Shown here: one piece after another, positions 26,970 to 36,143 of the stretch | Position numbering within the stretch: the first letter of the stretch is position 1 | Layout: the number at the start of each line of letters is the position of its first letter | Origin: an uncultured Candidatus Saccharibacteria bacterium | GTDB lineage: Bacteria > Patescibacteriota > Minisyncoccia > Phycocordibacterales > UBA9973 | Direction of reading: 5' to 3' | Length of the DNA: 43,054 nucleotides | NCBI GenBank assembly: GCA_964500195.1 | Contig: CAZCND010000002.1 | Location: forward strand, 1 to 43,054 | The notes under the pieces: generated by a model | The model's input: the letters and a program-made list of their open reading frames with translations, nothing else | What the model was told of the DNA's origin: nothing | The model's database searches: none | Program-made: the position numbers and the translations under genes

Positions 26970-27043
26970 CCGCTTGTAGCTCAGTTGGTTAGAGCATCGA
27001 GCTTATACCTCGAGGGTCCCACGTTCGAGTCGTGGCAAGCGGA
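26970..27043 (+). tRNA. tRNA-Ile with genomically encoded UAU anticodon; CCA not encoded
   Basis: Hand-folded cloverleaf. Acceptor CCGCTTG/CAAGCGG; D arm GCTC-AGTTGGTTA-GAGC; anticodon arm TCGAG-CTTATAC-CTCGA; T arm CCACG-TTCGAGT-CGTGG; discriminator A. Confidence 0.85.
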
Positions 27044-27052
27044 CACGGTTTT

Positions 27053-29290
27053 CTACTCAAAGTGTAGGTTTAAATTTTTCAATTTAAACATTTTTTTAAG
27101 TAGTGGAAATGATTCGATCTCTCTATCAAGAGAAATAATTTTTATAGCCTCTTCTCTGGCGGCTTCAACCATTTTTATATTTTTTATAGCTTCCATCCCA
27201 AGATCTGTTATACCCCATTGCTTATCACCACTTAAGAGACCTGCTCCTCTTAGATTAAGATCAAGTTCGGCTAATTCAAAACCGTTTTTCGCTGTTTTAA
27301 TTGCTTCTAATCTACCCATTGTTTTTTCTGTTCTTGCGTTTGCAAAAAGATAACAATAGGCTTGGTTCTCTCCACGAATAACTCTTCCTCGAAGTTGGTG
27401 TAATTGGGCTAGTCCAAATCTTTCAGCTCCCTCTATAATAATAACGGTAGCGTTTGGAACGTTTACTCCCACTTCAATAACTGAAGTGGAAACCAAGATG
27501 TCTATTTTTCTATCTTCAAACTTTTTCATAGTTTCCTCTTTTTTCTGTTTAGACATTTTACTATGCATTATGTCAATGTTTTTATTAGGAAAAACTTTTT
27601 CTTTAAGTCTTTTTGCTTCAGATTTAACAGTTTTAAGTTCTGAGTTTGCCTGTTCGGTTTCGAGGTTGTTTTCTATTTTTGGGCAGATAACATAAAGCTG
27701 TCTCCCTTCTTGTAATTCCTTTTCTATTTTTTTGTAAGCATCTTCTCTTTTGTTTTCTGGCACAATTTCGGTTATGACTTTTTTTCTACCTGATGGCATT
27801 TCATCAATAATAGATAAATCTAAATCTCCGTAGATTGTTAAAGCCAGTGTTCTTGGTATTGGGGTAGCGGTCATCGATAAATAGTGTGGGGCCTGTCCTT
27901 CTTTTTTAGCTAATTTCATTCTTTGGTTGGTTCCAAACCTGTGTTGTTCATCTATGATGACTAGTCCCAAGTCTTCAAACTCTACTGTTTTAGAAATTAA
28001 AGAATGAGTCCCTATAACTATTGGTATTTCTCCATTTTTAACCCATTTTAAAAGTTGATTCTTAGAAATAGTTGTCCATGTTTTTATTTGTTTACCGTCT
28101 TTCCACATAGCCGTTTTAGCTGGGTACTTTCTACAACCGCTTGAGGTTATAAGTCCAATAGATATTCCGGTGTGTTCAAAATATTTAATAAAATTTTCAA
28201 AAAGCTGAATAGCTAAGACCTCAGTTGGAGCCATATAGGCAACTTGTAAATTTCCAAAATTTAGACGCTCTCCTCTTTCTATTGGACCATCTTTTTTGCT
28301 TCCCTTATTTGATTTACTTCTAAGTGGTCGGTTTTTAATAACTGCACAAGAGACGGTTGCCGCTATAAATGTTTTACCACTACCAACATCCCCCTCGATT
28401 AATCTAGACATAGGCTTATCTTTTTTAAGATCACCAAGAATTGTTCTGATAGTTTTAGTTTGGGAATTGGTTGGATTAAAAGGGAATCTTGAAACAAAGT
28501 CGTCTATATCGTTTTTATCAATTTCTAATTTATACGAAAATAATTCTCCTGTCTTTTTTCTCTCTTGTTGTCTGGATAGTTGGATGAAAAAAACTTCTTC
28601 AAAAGCAAATCTCTTTCTTGCTATTTCCCAATGCTCCTTTTTTTGTGGATTATGAATCCAGATCAACGCAGTTCTTAAGCTTGGTAATTTATATTTTTCT
28701 AAAATATCTTTTGGTAAATAATCTTCTATTTCTTTAAAACAATTTTGTTTAAAAATTTTATTGATAGCATGATAAATCCACTTAGAAGTAATACCTTTTG
28801 TTTCGTGGTAAATTGGATAACCATATTGTAAATTGTTTTGATCCTTAGAAAAAAGAGAATCATTAATGTCTATTGGTAAAAAACTTTCATTTTTTATTTC
28901 AGGATTAGTTAGAGTTAAACCATAAGTTTTACTTCGAGATACTTTGCCTGTTACTCTAACGGTTCCGCCATTTTTAATCATTTTTGCTAAATATGGCTGA
29001 TGAAACCAAACGATGTTAATAGATCCAGTTAAATCAGAAAGAGTGGCCTTGCTCATTGGTATTTTTGAACGAAATCCTTTTTGGGTTGAAAGCCCAGATA
29101 TTTTTCCTAGGATTGTAACGATCTCTCCTTCTTCTAGGGTAGTAATATTTCTAATCTGGCTTATCTCCGAGTATCTATTAGGAAAATAAAACAATAAATC
29201 TCTTATTGTTTTTAGGTTTAGTTTATTAAGGGCTTTTTCTGTTGCTTCTCCAAGTCTAAAATGTGATTCAATCTTATCTTCTAATTCCAT
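27053..29290 (-). CDS. recG: ATP-dependent DNA helicase RecG
   Basis: GDVGSGKT, DEQHRFG, QLRGRV; N-terminal OB/wedge region; 745 aa. Confidence 0.93.
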   Translation of the reverse strand: MELEDKIESHFRLGEATEKALNKLNLKTIRDLLFYFPNRYSEISQIRNITTLEEGEIVTILGKISGLSTQKGFRSKIPMSKATLSDLTGSINIVWFHQPYLAKMIKNGGTVRVTGKVSRSKTYGLTLTNPEIKNESFLPIDINDSLFSKDQNNLQYGYPIYHETKGITSKWIYHAINKIFKQNCFKEIEDYLPKDILEKYKLPSLRTALIWIHNPQKKEHWEIARKRFAFEEVFFIQLSRQQERKKTGELFSYKLEIDKNDIDDFVSRFPFNPTNSQTKTIRTILGDLKKDKPMSRLIEGDVGSGKTFIAATVSCAVIKNRPLRSKSNKGSKKDGPIERGERLNFGNLQVAYMAPTEVLAIQLFENFIKYFEHTGISIGLITSSGCRKYPAKTAMWKDGKQIKTWTTISKNQLLKWVKNGEIPIVIGTHSLISKTVEFEDLGLVIIDEQHRFGTNQRMKLAKKEGQAPHYLSMTATPIPRTLALTIYGDLDLSIIDEMPSGRKKVITEIVPENKREDAYKKIEKELQEGRQLYVICPKIENNLETEQANSELKTVKSEAKRLKEKVFPNKNIDIMHSKMSKQKKEETMKKFEDRKIDILVSTSVIEVGVNVPNATVIIIEGAERFGLAQLHQLRGRVIRGENQAYCYLFANARTEKTMGRLEAIKTAKNGFELAELDLNLRGAGLLSGDKQWGITDLGMEAIKNIKMVEAAREEAIKIISLDREIESFPLLKKMFKLKNLNLHFE

Positions 29291-29382
29291 TAGAAAATTA
29301 TAGCATAAAATAAGTGGACTTATTTTATGCTGGAGATGAGGATTATGCTATAATAAAACTTTAATTAATTTAATTTTTAAAT

Positions 29383-30564
29383 ATGGACAAAAAATATCTA
29401 ATTGTTAATACTGGTAGTGCCTCCAAAAAATATTCCTTCTATGTTGAAGATAAAAAATTTTATAATGCTCACTTTGAAATAGAAGATGGTTCACCTATAG
29501 TGACTGAAAGTTTTGGGGATAATAAAAACAAGAGAAAAATAACAAAAAAGGAATATGACAATGCTATTAATTTAATAGTTGGATCTTTGATAGAAAATAA
29601 ATTAATAGATGACAAAAAAGAAATTGATAGTGTGGGAATTAGAATAGTTGCCCCGGGTGAATATTTTTTAACCAACAGGTTGATAGATAAAGAATATATG
29701 AAAAGAGCCAAAGAAGCTTTGAAAAAAGTTCCCCTTCATTTGGGCCCTGCCTTAAAAGAAATTGAGACAATAAAAAAATATTTAGGCTCCAAGATTGCTA
29801 TTTATGGGGTTTCCGATAGTGCCTTCCATTCCACAATTCCTGAAGAAACAAAGTATTATGCTATCCCGGTAGAGGATAGCAGGCGATTGGGTTTACAGAT
29901 GTTTGGCTATCATGGAATTTCTGTTCAGTCTGTTGTTTCTAAGGCTGAAAAGCTTTTGGGAGGATTACCCGAAAAAACAGTTGTTTGTCATTTGGGAGGA
30001 GGGGGAAGTGTGACTGCTGTTCTCGGTGGTAGAAGCATAAACACATCAATGGGATTTACTCCTCTTGAGGGACTTGTTATGGCTACTCGGGTTGGCGACA
30101 TAGACGCGGGAGCAGTTTTATATTTATCTGAAAAATTAAAAAAGAGTCCACGAAAGTTAGAAGATTATTTCAATAATAAGTGTGGACTTTTAGGATTGTC
30201 AGGTAAAAGTTCTGATATTAGAGAACTTTTGGTAGAAGAAGAAAAAGGCCACAAGGAATCAGCCTTGGCTTTGAGGCTCTACGCCAATCGGATTAAGGAA
30301 TATATCGGTAAAATGTCTGCTTCTTTAGGTGGAATAGATTTATTAATTTTGGCTGGAACAGTAGGAGAGAGATCTTTTATTATGAGACAAAGGATTTGTC
30401 AGGGCTTGGACTTTTTAGGGATTGATATTGATAGTGATTTAAATAATAAATCAGAAGGAGTAGAAGTGGATATTAGTAAACCAGAATCTCGAGTTAAAGT
30501 TTTAATTGTCAAAACCGACGAAACCGAAGAGATAGCTAAAGAGACATTAAGATTGTCAAAATAA
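29383..30564 (+). CDS. ackA: Acetate kinase
   Basis: LIVNTGSASKKY, SDSAFHSTIP, HLGGGGSVTAV, GFTPLEGLVMATRVGDID. Confidence 0.95.
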   Translation: MDKKYLIVNTGSASKKYSFYVEDKKFYNAHFEIEDGSPIVTESFGDNKNKRKITKKEYDNAINLIVGSLIENKLIDDKKEIDSVGIRIVAPGEYFLTNRLIDKEYMKRAKEALKKVPLHLGPALKEIETIKKYLGSKIAIYGVSDSAFHSTIPEETKYYAIPVEDSRRLGLQMFGYHGISVQSVVSKAEKLLGGLPEKTVVCHLGGGGSVTAVLGGRSINTSMGFTPLEGLVMATRVGDIDAGAVLYLSEKLKKSPRKLEDYFNNKCGLLGLSGKSSDIRELLVEEEKGHKESALALRLYANRIKEYIGKMSASLGGIDLLILAGTVGERSFIMRQRICQGLDFLGIDIDSDLNNKSEGVEVDISKPESRVKVLIVKTDETEEIAKETLRLSK

Positions 30565-30611
30565 AAAACGGGCCAGGATTGCTCCTAGCCCTCTATGCTC
30601 TTTGCTTCTTT

Positions 30612-31103
30612 TTACTTTTTTACCCCAAGAAAATTCAACCCTTGATCGGTTATATACCGACCACTTTTTACCCACTCACCGTAAAGGTTTCTTTCCTTCA
30701 TAGCGTCTAATGCTTTCTTTCCCTCACACGATAAGTCAGAAGGAGCAACTCGTAGTCTTGCCTCCGGAATCTTTTTCCCGGTAACTCGACATCTTCCAGT
30801 AAATCTACCAGATTTTAACATCTGGATAGTTTTTTTACAGGAATAAATAAAATGGTTAAGCTTTTGAATTTGGGCATTATTCGTTGCCATTTCGTTTCTG
30901 TAAGATGCGATATCAGCACTGTCTCCTCTTGGTTCTCCGGGGTTGTTTTTTTCTAAAGAGAAGATGAGTTCTCTAGCCTCTTCAATTTGATCGTCGAGCT
31001 TTTTTAAGAGCTCCCCTTCTAATTTTTTTGGAATAGAAGAGGAATTGGATTCGTTTCTGGGTTCGCCTAGATAGCAACTAGGCAGGGAAAAATTTCCATT
31101 CAT
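30612..31103 (-). CDS. DksA/TraR-family-like protein with a degenerate zinc finger
   Basis: Coiled-coil region followed by GRCRVTGKKIPEARLRVAPSDLSCEGK, which matches the DksA pattern C..CG..I...RL...P....C..C with two Cys lost. Confidence 0.6.
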   Translation of the reverse strand: MNGNFSLPSCYLGEPRNESNSSSIPKKLEGELLKKLDDQIEEARELIFSLEKNNPGEPRGDSADIASYRNEMATNNAQIQKLNHFIYSCKKTIQMLKSGRFTGRCRVTGKKIPEARLRVAPSDLSCEGKKALDAMKERNLYGEWVKSGRYITDQGLNFLGVKK

Positions 31104-31212
31104 TATTATTATTTTTTTAGGTTAAATTAAATATTAGGGAGCTTTTCACTTTGAATTATATGCATTTTTTTATTTTTGTCAAATTTTAGTTTTTGTATTA
31201 AGATAAGTTTAT

Positions 31213-31734
31213 ATGGTAGAAATAATTCAAAAAGAAAGTGAAATCTTAAGGCAAATAGCAAAAGAAGTAAAAATAGGAGAAATAACTAGCCCTAAAATAG
31301 AGCAAATATTAAAAGATATGTCTCTTGCTCTTGATAGTCAAGATGATGGAGTAGCCATAGCTGCTCCACAAATAGGAGTGTCACTTCGGATTTTTTGTGT
31401 TTCAGGAAAAGCGTTCAATACGGAATTTCTGTCAGGTAAAACCAATATCCACGATTCCAAAAAGTATCCAAACCTATTTTTCATTAATCCTAAAATAATT
31501 AAAATTTCAAGAGACAAAAAGGCTATGGATGAAGGTTGTTTGTCGGTTCGTCCATTGTTTGGTAAGGTTCGGCGAGCGTCTCGAGCGACGGTTCGAGCTT
31601 ACAACGAGAAAGGAAAAAAGTTTGAGATGGATGGATCGGGATTACTAGCCCATATTTTTCAACATGAGATTGATCATTTAGAGGGTATTTTGTTTACTGA
31701 TAAAGCCAAGGAAATAAGAGAGGTGTATTATTAA
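31213..31734 (+). CDS. def: Peptide deformylase
   Basis: GVAIAAPQIG, EGCLSV, QHEIDHLEG. Confidence 0.96.
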   Translation: MVEIIQKESEILRQIAKEVKIGEITSPKIEQILKDMSLALDSQDDGVAIAAPQIGVSLRIFCVSGKAFNTEFLSGKTNIHDSKKYPNLFFINPKIIKISRDKKAMDEGCLSVRPLFGKVRRASRATVRAYNEKGKKFEMDGSGLLAHIFQHEIDHLEGILFTDKAKEIREVYY

Positions 31735-31795
31735 TTTTTTAAAATTTTTAATAAGAAAGAACTCAGTTATTACTAATACTGAGTGTTTATTTTGT

Positions 31796-31952
31796 TGCGG
31801 AATACTAGTCGGGATTTGGTCACGAGTTACTAAATTTTTTGCTCCAAGTATTCGCAAAAAACAAAGTACTCGCGACCCCGTCTCGTCAGTCTGAAAAGTT
31901 TTTCAAACTTTTTTCTGGCTACGACCTTCGAATCCCTGCGTCACTCTCCGCA
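31796..31952 (+). repeat. Element C: second member of the A/B/C structured palindromic family. The 3' end reads ...TTCGAATCCCTGCGTCACTCTCCGCA followed by CCA
   Basis: Same architecture as A: terminal stem TGCGGA/TCCGCA plus GGGATT/AATCCC; long GGTCACGAGTTACT...AGTACTCGCGACC hairpin enclosing TTTTTTGC...GCAAAAAA; GAAAAGTTT-TTC-AAACTTTT hairpin. No promoter seen. Confidence 0.5.
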
Positions 31953-32002
31953 CCACAAACAAAAAACAGCAATAATATTGCTATTTTTTGTTTGTGGTGC
32001 GG
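31948..32002. repeat. Near-perfect 27-1-27 palindrome that starts inside the 3' end of element C
   Basis: CCGCACCACAAACAAAAAACAGCAATA-A-TATTGCTATTTTTTGTTTGTGGTGCGG, one mismatch. Confidence 0.9.
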
Positions 32003-32102
32003 TGTATGTGAGTTAAGTACCCCCACGAGTGAGGCACCACAAGGGTATTCTAGCACATTTTGGAAATGAGAAATGAGGCATGAAGGTCGGGGTCTTGGTT
32101 CT

Positions 32103-32242
32103 GCAAATGTTACAAATGAGACACAAAACACGGTGTCTCGAAACTGTGTCTCATTTGCGAGATGTGATGAAAATACCAAGCCCCAAAAAGACAGATTTGG
32201 ATGAGACAAAACAAGACACGGAAAAGTGACTGTAACATTTGC
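32103..32242. repeat. Nested inverted repeats (MITE/IS-end-like remnant)
   Basis: GCAAATGTTACA (32103-32114) pairs with TGTAACATTTGC (32231-32242); CAAATGAGACAC (32113-32124) pairs with GTGTCTCATTTG (32146-32157). Confidence 0.7.
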
Positions 32243-32357
32243 CTTTACTGCACACATATTTTCTAATATGATTCCAAGTATACATGGACGTATCTGGGCT
32301 GAATCTGATGGAGTTTCTAAAGGAACAAAGGTTACTGTGGAGTTGCCGATAAAGTAG
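32205..32357 (+). pseudogene. C-terminal remnant of a sensor histidine kinase (end of the HATPase_c domain only)
   Basis: Translates to ...IFSNMIPSIHGRIWAESDGVSKGTKVTVELPIK*, the typical HK tail hGG.IwveS..G.Gt.f.f.LP. Upstream G1/G2 boxes and the H-box are absent. Confidence 0.65.
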
Positions 32358-32452
32358 AACCATTACGTTTACTTTGACTTATTTCATAAAAAGTTGTAAA
32401 TTAGATTCATATTTTGTGAGTTTATTGAATCATACATTCTATCAAAATAATT

Positions 32453-33463
32453 ATGAATATAAAAAAAATTTTACCTCCCAGGCTTGATAAGAGTAAGCTG
32501 ATAGGGATTATAGCTCCAGCAGACCCTGTTGCCGGTATTTGTCCAGAGGAGACAATTAAGCGTGGGTACGAATATCTAAAAAATAAGGGATTTTCTGTCA
32601 TCGAGGGACGTTCAGTAAAGCTACTTACACAAAAACATACTGCTGGAACAGCACTATCAAGAGTTGAGGATATTCATGATTTTGTAAAAAGAGAAGATGT
32701 TGGATGTATTATGGCCTTTTGGGGAGGTTTTAATACAAATCAATTGCTTGATAAATTGGATTATGACCTGATTAAAGCAAACCCGAAAATATTCATTGGA
32801 TACTCTGATGTTACAGCACTCACTACCGCGATAACCACTAAGACGGGATTAGTGACTTTTTCTGGGCCAGGAGTAATTTCCTTTGCTAAACCAGAACCTT
32901 TTGAATACACATGGAATTATTTTGAAAAAATATGCATTGATCCACAAGAGAATCTTATTATTGAACCATCTCCAAGCTATGCGGATGATTTATACTTTTT
33001 GCGTGAAGATGACAATCATAGAATCAAAAAAAATAATGACGGTTTAAAAGTATTTACATCAGGAAAAGCAACTGGTGAAATCGTTGCAGGTAATCTTCAG
33101 ACCCTACTAATTTTAAATGGTACAGAGTATTTGCCAGATCTTACTGGAAAGATCCTATTTATTGAAGAAGATGAGACAAGTACCCCAGCGCATGTCGACA
33201 GATTTATATATCAATGTAAACAATTAGGTTGGTTTAAAAAAATTGCAGGATTAGTTATTGGAAGATTTACAGAGCAGTCTAGTTTTTCTGAGAAAGATTC
33301 ATTAGAAGATATTTTAAAAGAGCACCTATTCGAAGCGAAATTTCCGATACTTTATAATGTTGATTTTGGGCATTCTGACCCATTAATCACTATTCCAAAC
33401 GGTGGTATTGCAACTATAGACACTGAAAATAAACGGATAATGTTTCAGCAATCGGTGATGTGA
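32453..33463 (+). CDS. S66-family serine peptidase (LD-carboxypeptidase / MccF-like)
   Basis: Ser-Glu-His triad context GYSDVTAL, FIEEDET, DFGHSDP; 336 aa. Confidence 0.85.
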   Translation: MNIKKILPPRLDKSKLIGIIAPADPVAGICPEETIKRGYEYLKNKGFSVIEGRSVKLLTQKHTAGTALSRVEDIHDFVKREDVGCIMAFWGGFNTNQLLDKLDYDLIKANPKIFIGYSDVTALTTAITTKTGLVTFSGPGVISFAKPEPFEYTWNYFEKICIDPQENLIIEPSPSYADDLYFLREDDNHRIKKNNDGLKVFTSGKATGEIVAGNLQTLLILNGTEYLPDLTGKILFIEEDETSTPAHVDRFIYQCKQLGWFKKIAGLVIGRFTEQSSFSEKDSLEDILKEHLFEAKFPILYNVDFGHSDPLITIPNGGIATIDTENKRIMFQQSVM

Positions 33464-33470
33464 TAAAAAT

Positions 33471-34790
33471 ATGTCCAACAATAAAAATCAATCAATAATA
33501 AAAAATATAGAAAAGGTATTGAATGATAAAGTTTCTTATAAAAAAGGAAACTTATTTCACATCGTTAGTCACGTCACAAAGAAAAGTAAGCAAATAAAAA
33601 GTCTTGTAAATAAAAATAAAACTCCTTTTTATGTTTTTGACCAACAAGCACTCGATAATTCCATAGATTTATTTCTGGAAGCATTTAAAAAAGAAATTCC
33701 TTCGTTTAAATCTTACTATGCTCTTAAAATAAACCATCATCCATTTATTATTCAGTGTGCGGTTGATAAAGGAATGGGACTTGATGTTGGAAGTCGTCGG
33801 GAAATCGATATTGCAATAAATGCAGGTTGTAAAGATATTCTTTACTTCAGTCCTGGTAAGACGAAAGATGATTTATTGTATGCAATAAAATATGTAGATG
33901 TTATTACTATTAATATAGATAGTTTTAACGAACTAAAAAAACTAGGTTCCCTAGCAAACAGTAAAAAGAAGCCTATTAAGGCTGGCATACGAATTCATAC
34001 TGACCAATATGGCGATTGGAAAAAATACGGGGTTCATATTAATGAACTAAAAACCTTCTTTAAAGAAGCTGAGAAATACCCCTTTATTGATCTTCAGGGT
34101 ATTCATTTCCACATGTCCAGAAATAAAGATGCTACATTTTATGAAAATACCATAAAAGAGTTGGGGGCTTACCTGAAGAAAAACTTTAATTCAAATGAGT
34201 TGCAAAAAATTAAATACATTGACTTTGGCGGCGGGTTTGAGGTTTATGAATCAGAAGGATACTATCCCTACAAGACACCGCAAGGCGGTATCATACAAAC
34301 AACTAATTCTTACACTGGAACACCGTCCATATTTGATGTTTCATATTACATTCGCGATGCTATTAAAATTGATGAGTATGCCAAAAAAATCGGGCAAGCA
34401 ATAAACGATTATCTCAAACCAATAGTAAGTGCCACGTATTACTCGGAACCTGGACGTATAATATGTAATAGCGCCATGTATATAGTACTGTCTGTTGCTG
34501 ATGCTAAAAACAAAGATAACGTCGTCTTGGACGGTGGAGTAAACATGGTCGGCTGGCAACGTTTCGAACATGAATATTTTCCTTTAGTAAACTTATCTTC
34601 TCCATCAAAAAAAGAAATTAAATGCAACATGTGGGGTAATCTTTGCACCACATGGGATACGTGGGGTTACTATTGCTATGCAAATAGAATACGAGAGGGA
34701 GATATTATTGTTGTCCCCAATCAGGGAGCGCTTACTTACTCACTAGCACAAAATTTTATTCAACCAATTCCGCCAGTTTATAAAATATAA
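33471..34790 (+). CDS. Fold-type III PLP-dependent decarboxylase (Orn/DAP/Arg decarboxylase family)
   Basis: PLP-Lys context YYALKIN, HFHMS, DFGGGF, SEPGRIICNSA, GNLCTTWD, GALTYSLAQNF. Confidence 0.85.
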   Translation: MSNNKNQSIIKNIEKVLNDKVSYKKGNLFHIVSHVTKKSKQIKSLVNKNKTPFYVFDQQALDNSIDLFLEAFKKEIPSFKSYYALKINHHPFIIQCAVDKGMGLDVGSRREIDIAINAGCKDILYFSPGKTKDDLLYAIKYVDVITINIDSFNELKKLGSLANSKKKPIKAGIRIHTDQYGDWKKYGVHINELKTFFKEAEKYPFIDLQGIHFHMSRNKDATFYENTIKELGAYLKKNFNSNELQKIKYIDFGGGFEVYESEGYYPYKTPQGGIIQTTNSYTGTPSIFDVSYYIRDAIKIDEYAKKIGQAINDYLKPIVSATYYSEPGRIICNSAMYIVLSVADAKNKDNVVLDGGVNMVGWQRFEHEYFPLVNLSSPSKKEIKCNMWGNLCTTWDTWGYYCYANRIREGDIIVVPNQGALTYSLAQNFIQPIPPVYKI

Positions 34791-34798
34791 TCAAAAAT

Positions 34799-35620
34799 AT
34801 GAAAAAAGAACTTATTACACCAGAATATATTAAGGGTTTATCTTATACGGATTTCGTGGGACTAATTAATCAGTGGAATGTATTGCCAGGTTCACACGTC
34901 ACATTATCGAAATGGACATGTTTTTCTGGGTTAAATAAAAATTCAAGACTTTTGGAAGTTGCTTGTACTACTGGTTTTTCATCTCGCGAACTCGCACTTC
35001 TCTCAGGCTGTAGCGGTGAAGGATTTGACCTTTCAGAAAAATCTATCAAAATGGCAGACTACAACAAGGAACAATATGCACCCAAAATTGATTTTTCATA
35101 TTCTGTAGCCGATGGATATAAATATAAATCTGATAAACCATTTACTCACATAGCAGTTGGTGCCTCTCTTGGTTTTTTTCCTGATCCAGCAAAAATGCTA
35201 GAAAGGTGCATCAGCATGCTTGAGGATGGTGGACACATTCTCGCTTCTCCGTTTTATGTGACAAAACCATTACCTCAAGCACTAGTTAAAAGAGCACAGA
35301 GAGTGTTCGATATCACTCCAACCGGGATTTCTTACAAAGAAATTATGAAATCGTACAACAAGCTTGAAGTGATTTTTGAAGAGCGGAACAGCTTAGTTCA
35401 AGAGACCAAGGAGGAGCTTGATTACTATTGCAAGTGCACCATAGACCGTGCATGCAAAATGCTTGATATCACGGATAAAAAGGTATACGAGGCTATGTAT
35501 AAAAGGCTTTACGAAGTAAAAAAGATGTCAAACGACCTACGTCCTTACCAGATGTACAGTATACTTGTCTTAAGGTACAGAAAGGCTATATATCCAAATA
35601 GATTTGTTGAGTTGTTTTAA
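34799..35620 (+). CDS. Class I SAM-dependent methyltransferase-fold protein
   Basis: Motif I LLEVACTTGFSS; acidic loop GFDLSEKSI; motif IV-like IAVGASLGFF. Confidence 0.7.
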   Translation: MKKELITPEYIKGLSYTDFVGLINQWNVLPGSHVTLSKWTCFSGLNKNSRLLEVACTTGFSSRELALLSGCSGEGFDLSEKSIKMADYNKEQYAPKIDFSYSVADGYKYKSDKPFTHIAVGASLGFFPDPAKMLERCISMLEDGGHILASPFYVTKPLPQALVKRAQRVFDITPTGISYKEIMKSYNKLEVIFEERNSLVQETKEELDYYCKCTIDRACKMLDITDKKVYEAMYKRLYEVKKMSNDLRPYQMYSILVLRYRKAIYPNRFVELF

Positions 35621-35624
35621 AAAC

Positions 35625-36143
35625 ATGATACTAACTGGAAGCAAAATTAAAGATGAAATAAAATCTGGCGACATCGTCATTGAGCCATTTTGCAATGAAC
35701 AAGTTAATCCAAACAGTTACAATTATCGACTTGGTTCTACTATAAAAGTTTTTAACGGATTCGACGGCGACAAGGCTAATTTTAAAGAGATAAAAATACC
35801 AAAAGACGGTTATGTTTTAGAGCCAAGGAAAATGTATCTTGCGACCACCAAAGAAGTAATTGGCAGTTCAAAGTATGCAATGTCCCTTATCGGCAGAAGC
35901 TCGATGGGTAGGTACGGTCTTTTCTTGCAAGTGTCAGCAAACCTTGGACATACTACTTCAAAACATAAATGGACTTTAGAAATTGTAGCTGCAAGGCCAA
36001 TAAAACTATATCCTGGCATGATAATCGGACAAGTTTCATTTTGGAAAAATTATGGCACAGTTAAAAAATATAATGGCAAATACGGTCATTTAAACCATCC
36101 TCAGGAATCATTTGTTCCCATAACTCAATACCAAAAAATATGA
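35625..36143 (+). CDS. dcd: dCTP deaminase family protein, paralog 1, canonical catalytic residues (ATG at 35625; the track start 35604 overlaps the upstream gene)
   Basis: GRSSMGRYG (Ser/Arg), WTLEI (catalytic Glu), YPGMIIGQVSF. Confidence 0.8.
   Translation: MILTGSKIKDEIKSGDIVIEPFCNEQVNPNSYNYRLGSTIKVFNGFDGDKANFKEIKIPKDGYVLEPRKMYLATTKEVIGSSKYAMSLIGRSSMGRYGLFLQVSANLGHTTSKHKWTLEIVAARPIKLYPGMIIGQVSFWKNYGTVKKYNGKYGHLNHPQESFVPITQYQKI

Noticed and set aside
26931-27353. 140-aa plus-strand ORF
   Set aside because: It runs through the tRNA-Ile gene and then antisense to the recG 3' end, and it is low complexity.
31839-32363. ORFs 31839-32069 (+), 31919-32257 (-) and 32151-32363 (-)
   Set aside because: They span element C and the palindrome/inverted-repeat scar region, with no start signals. 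Only the short plus-strand kinase tail shows protein-like similarity.
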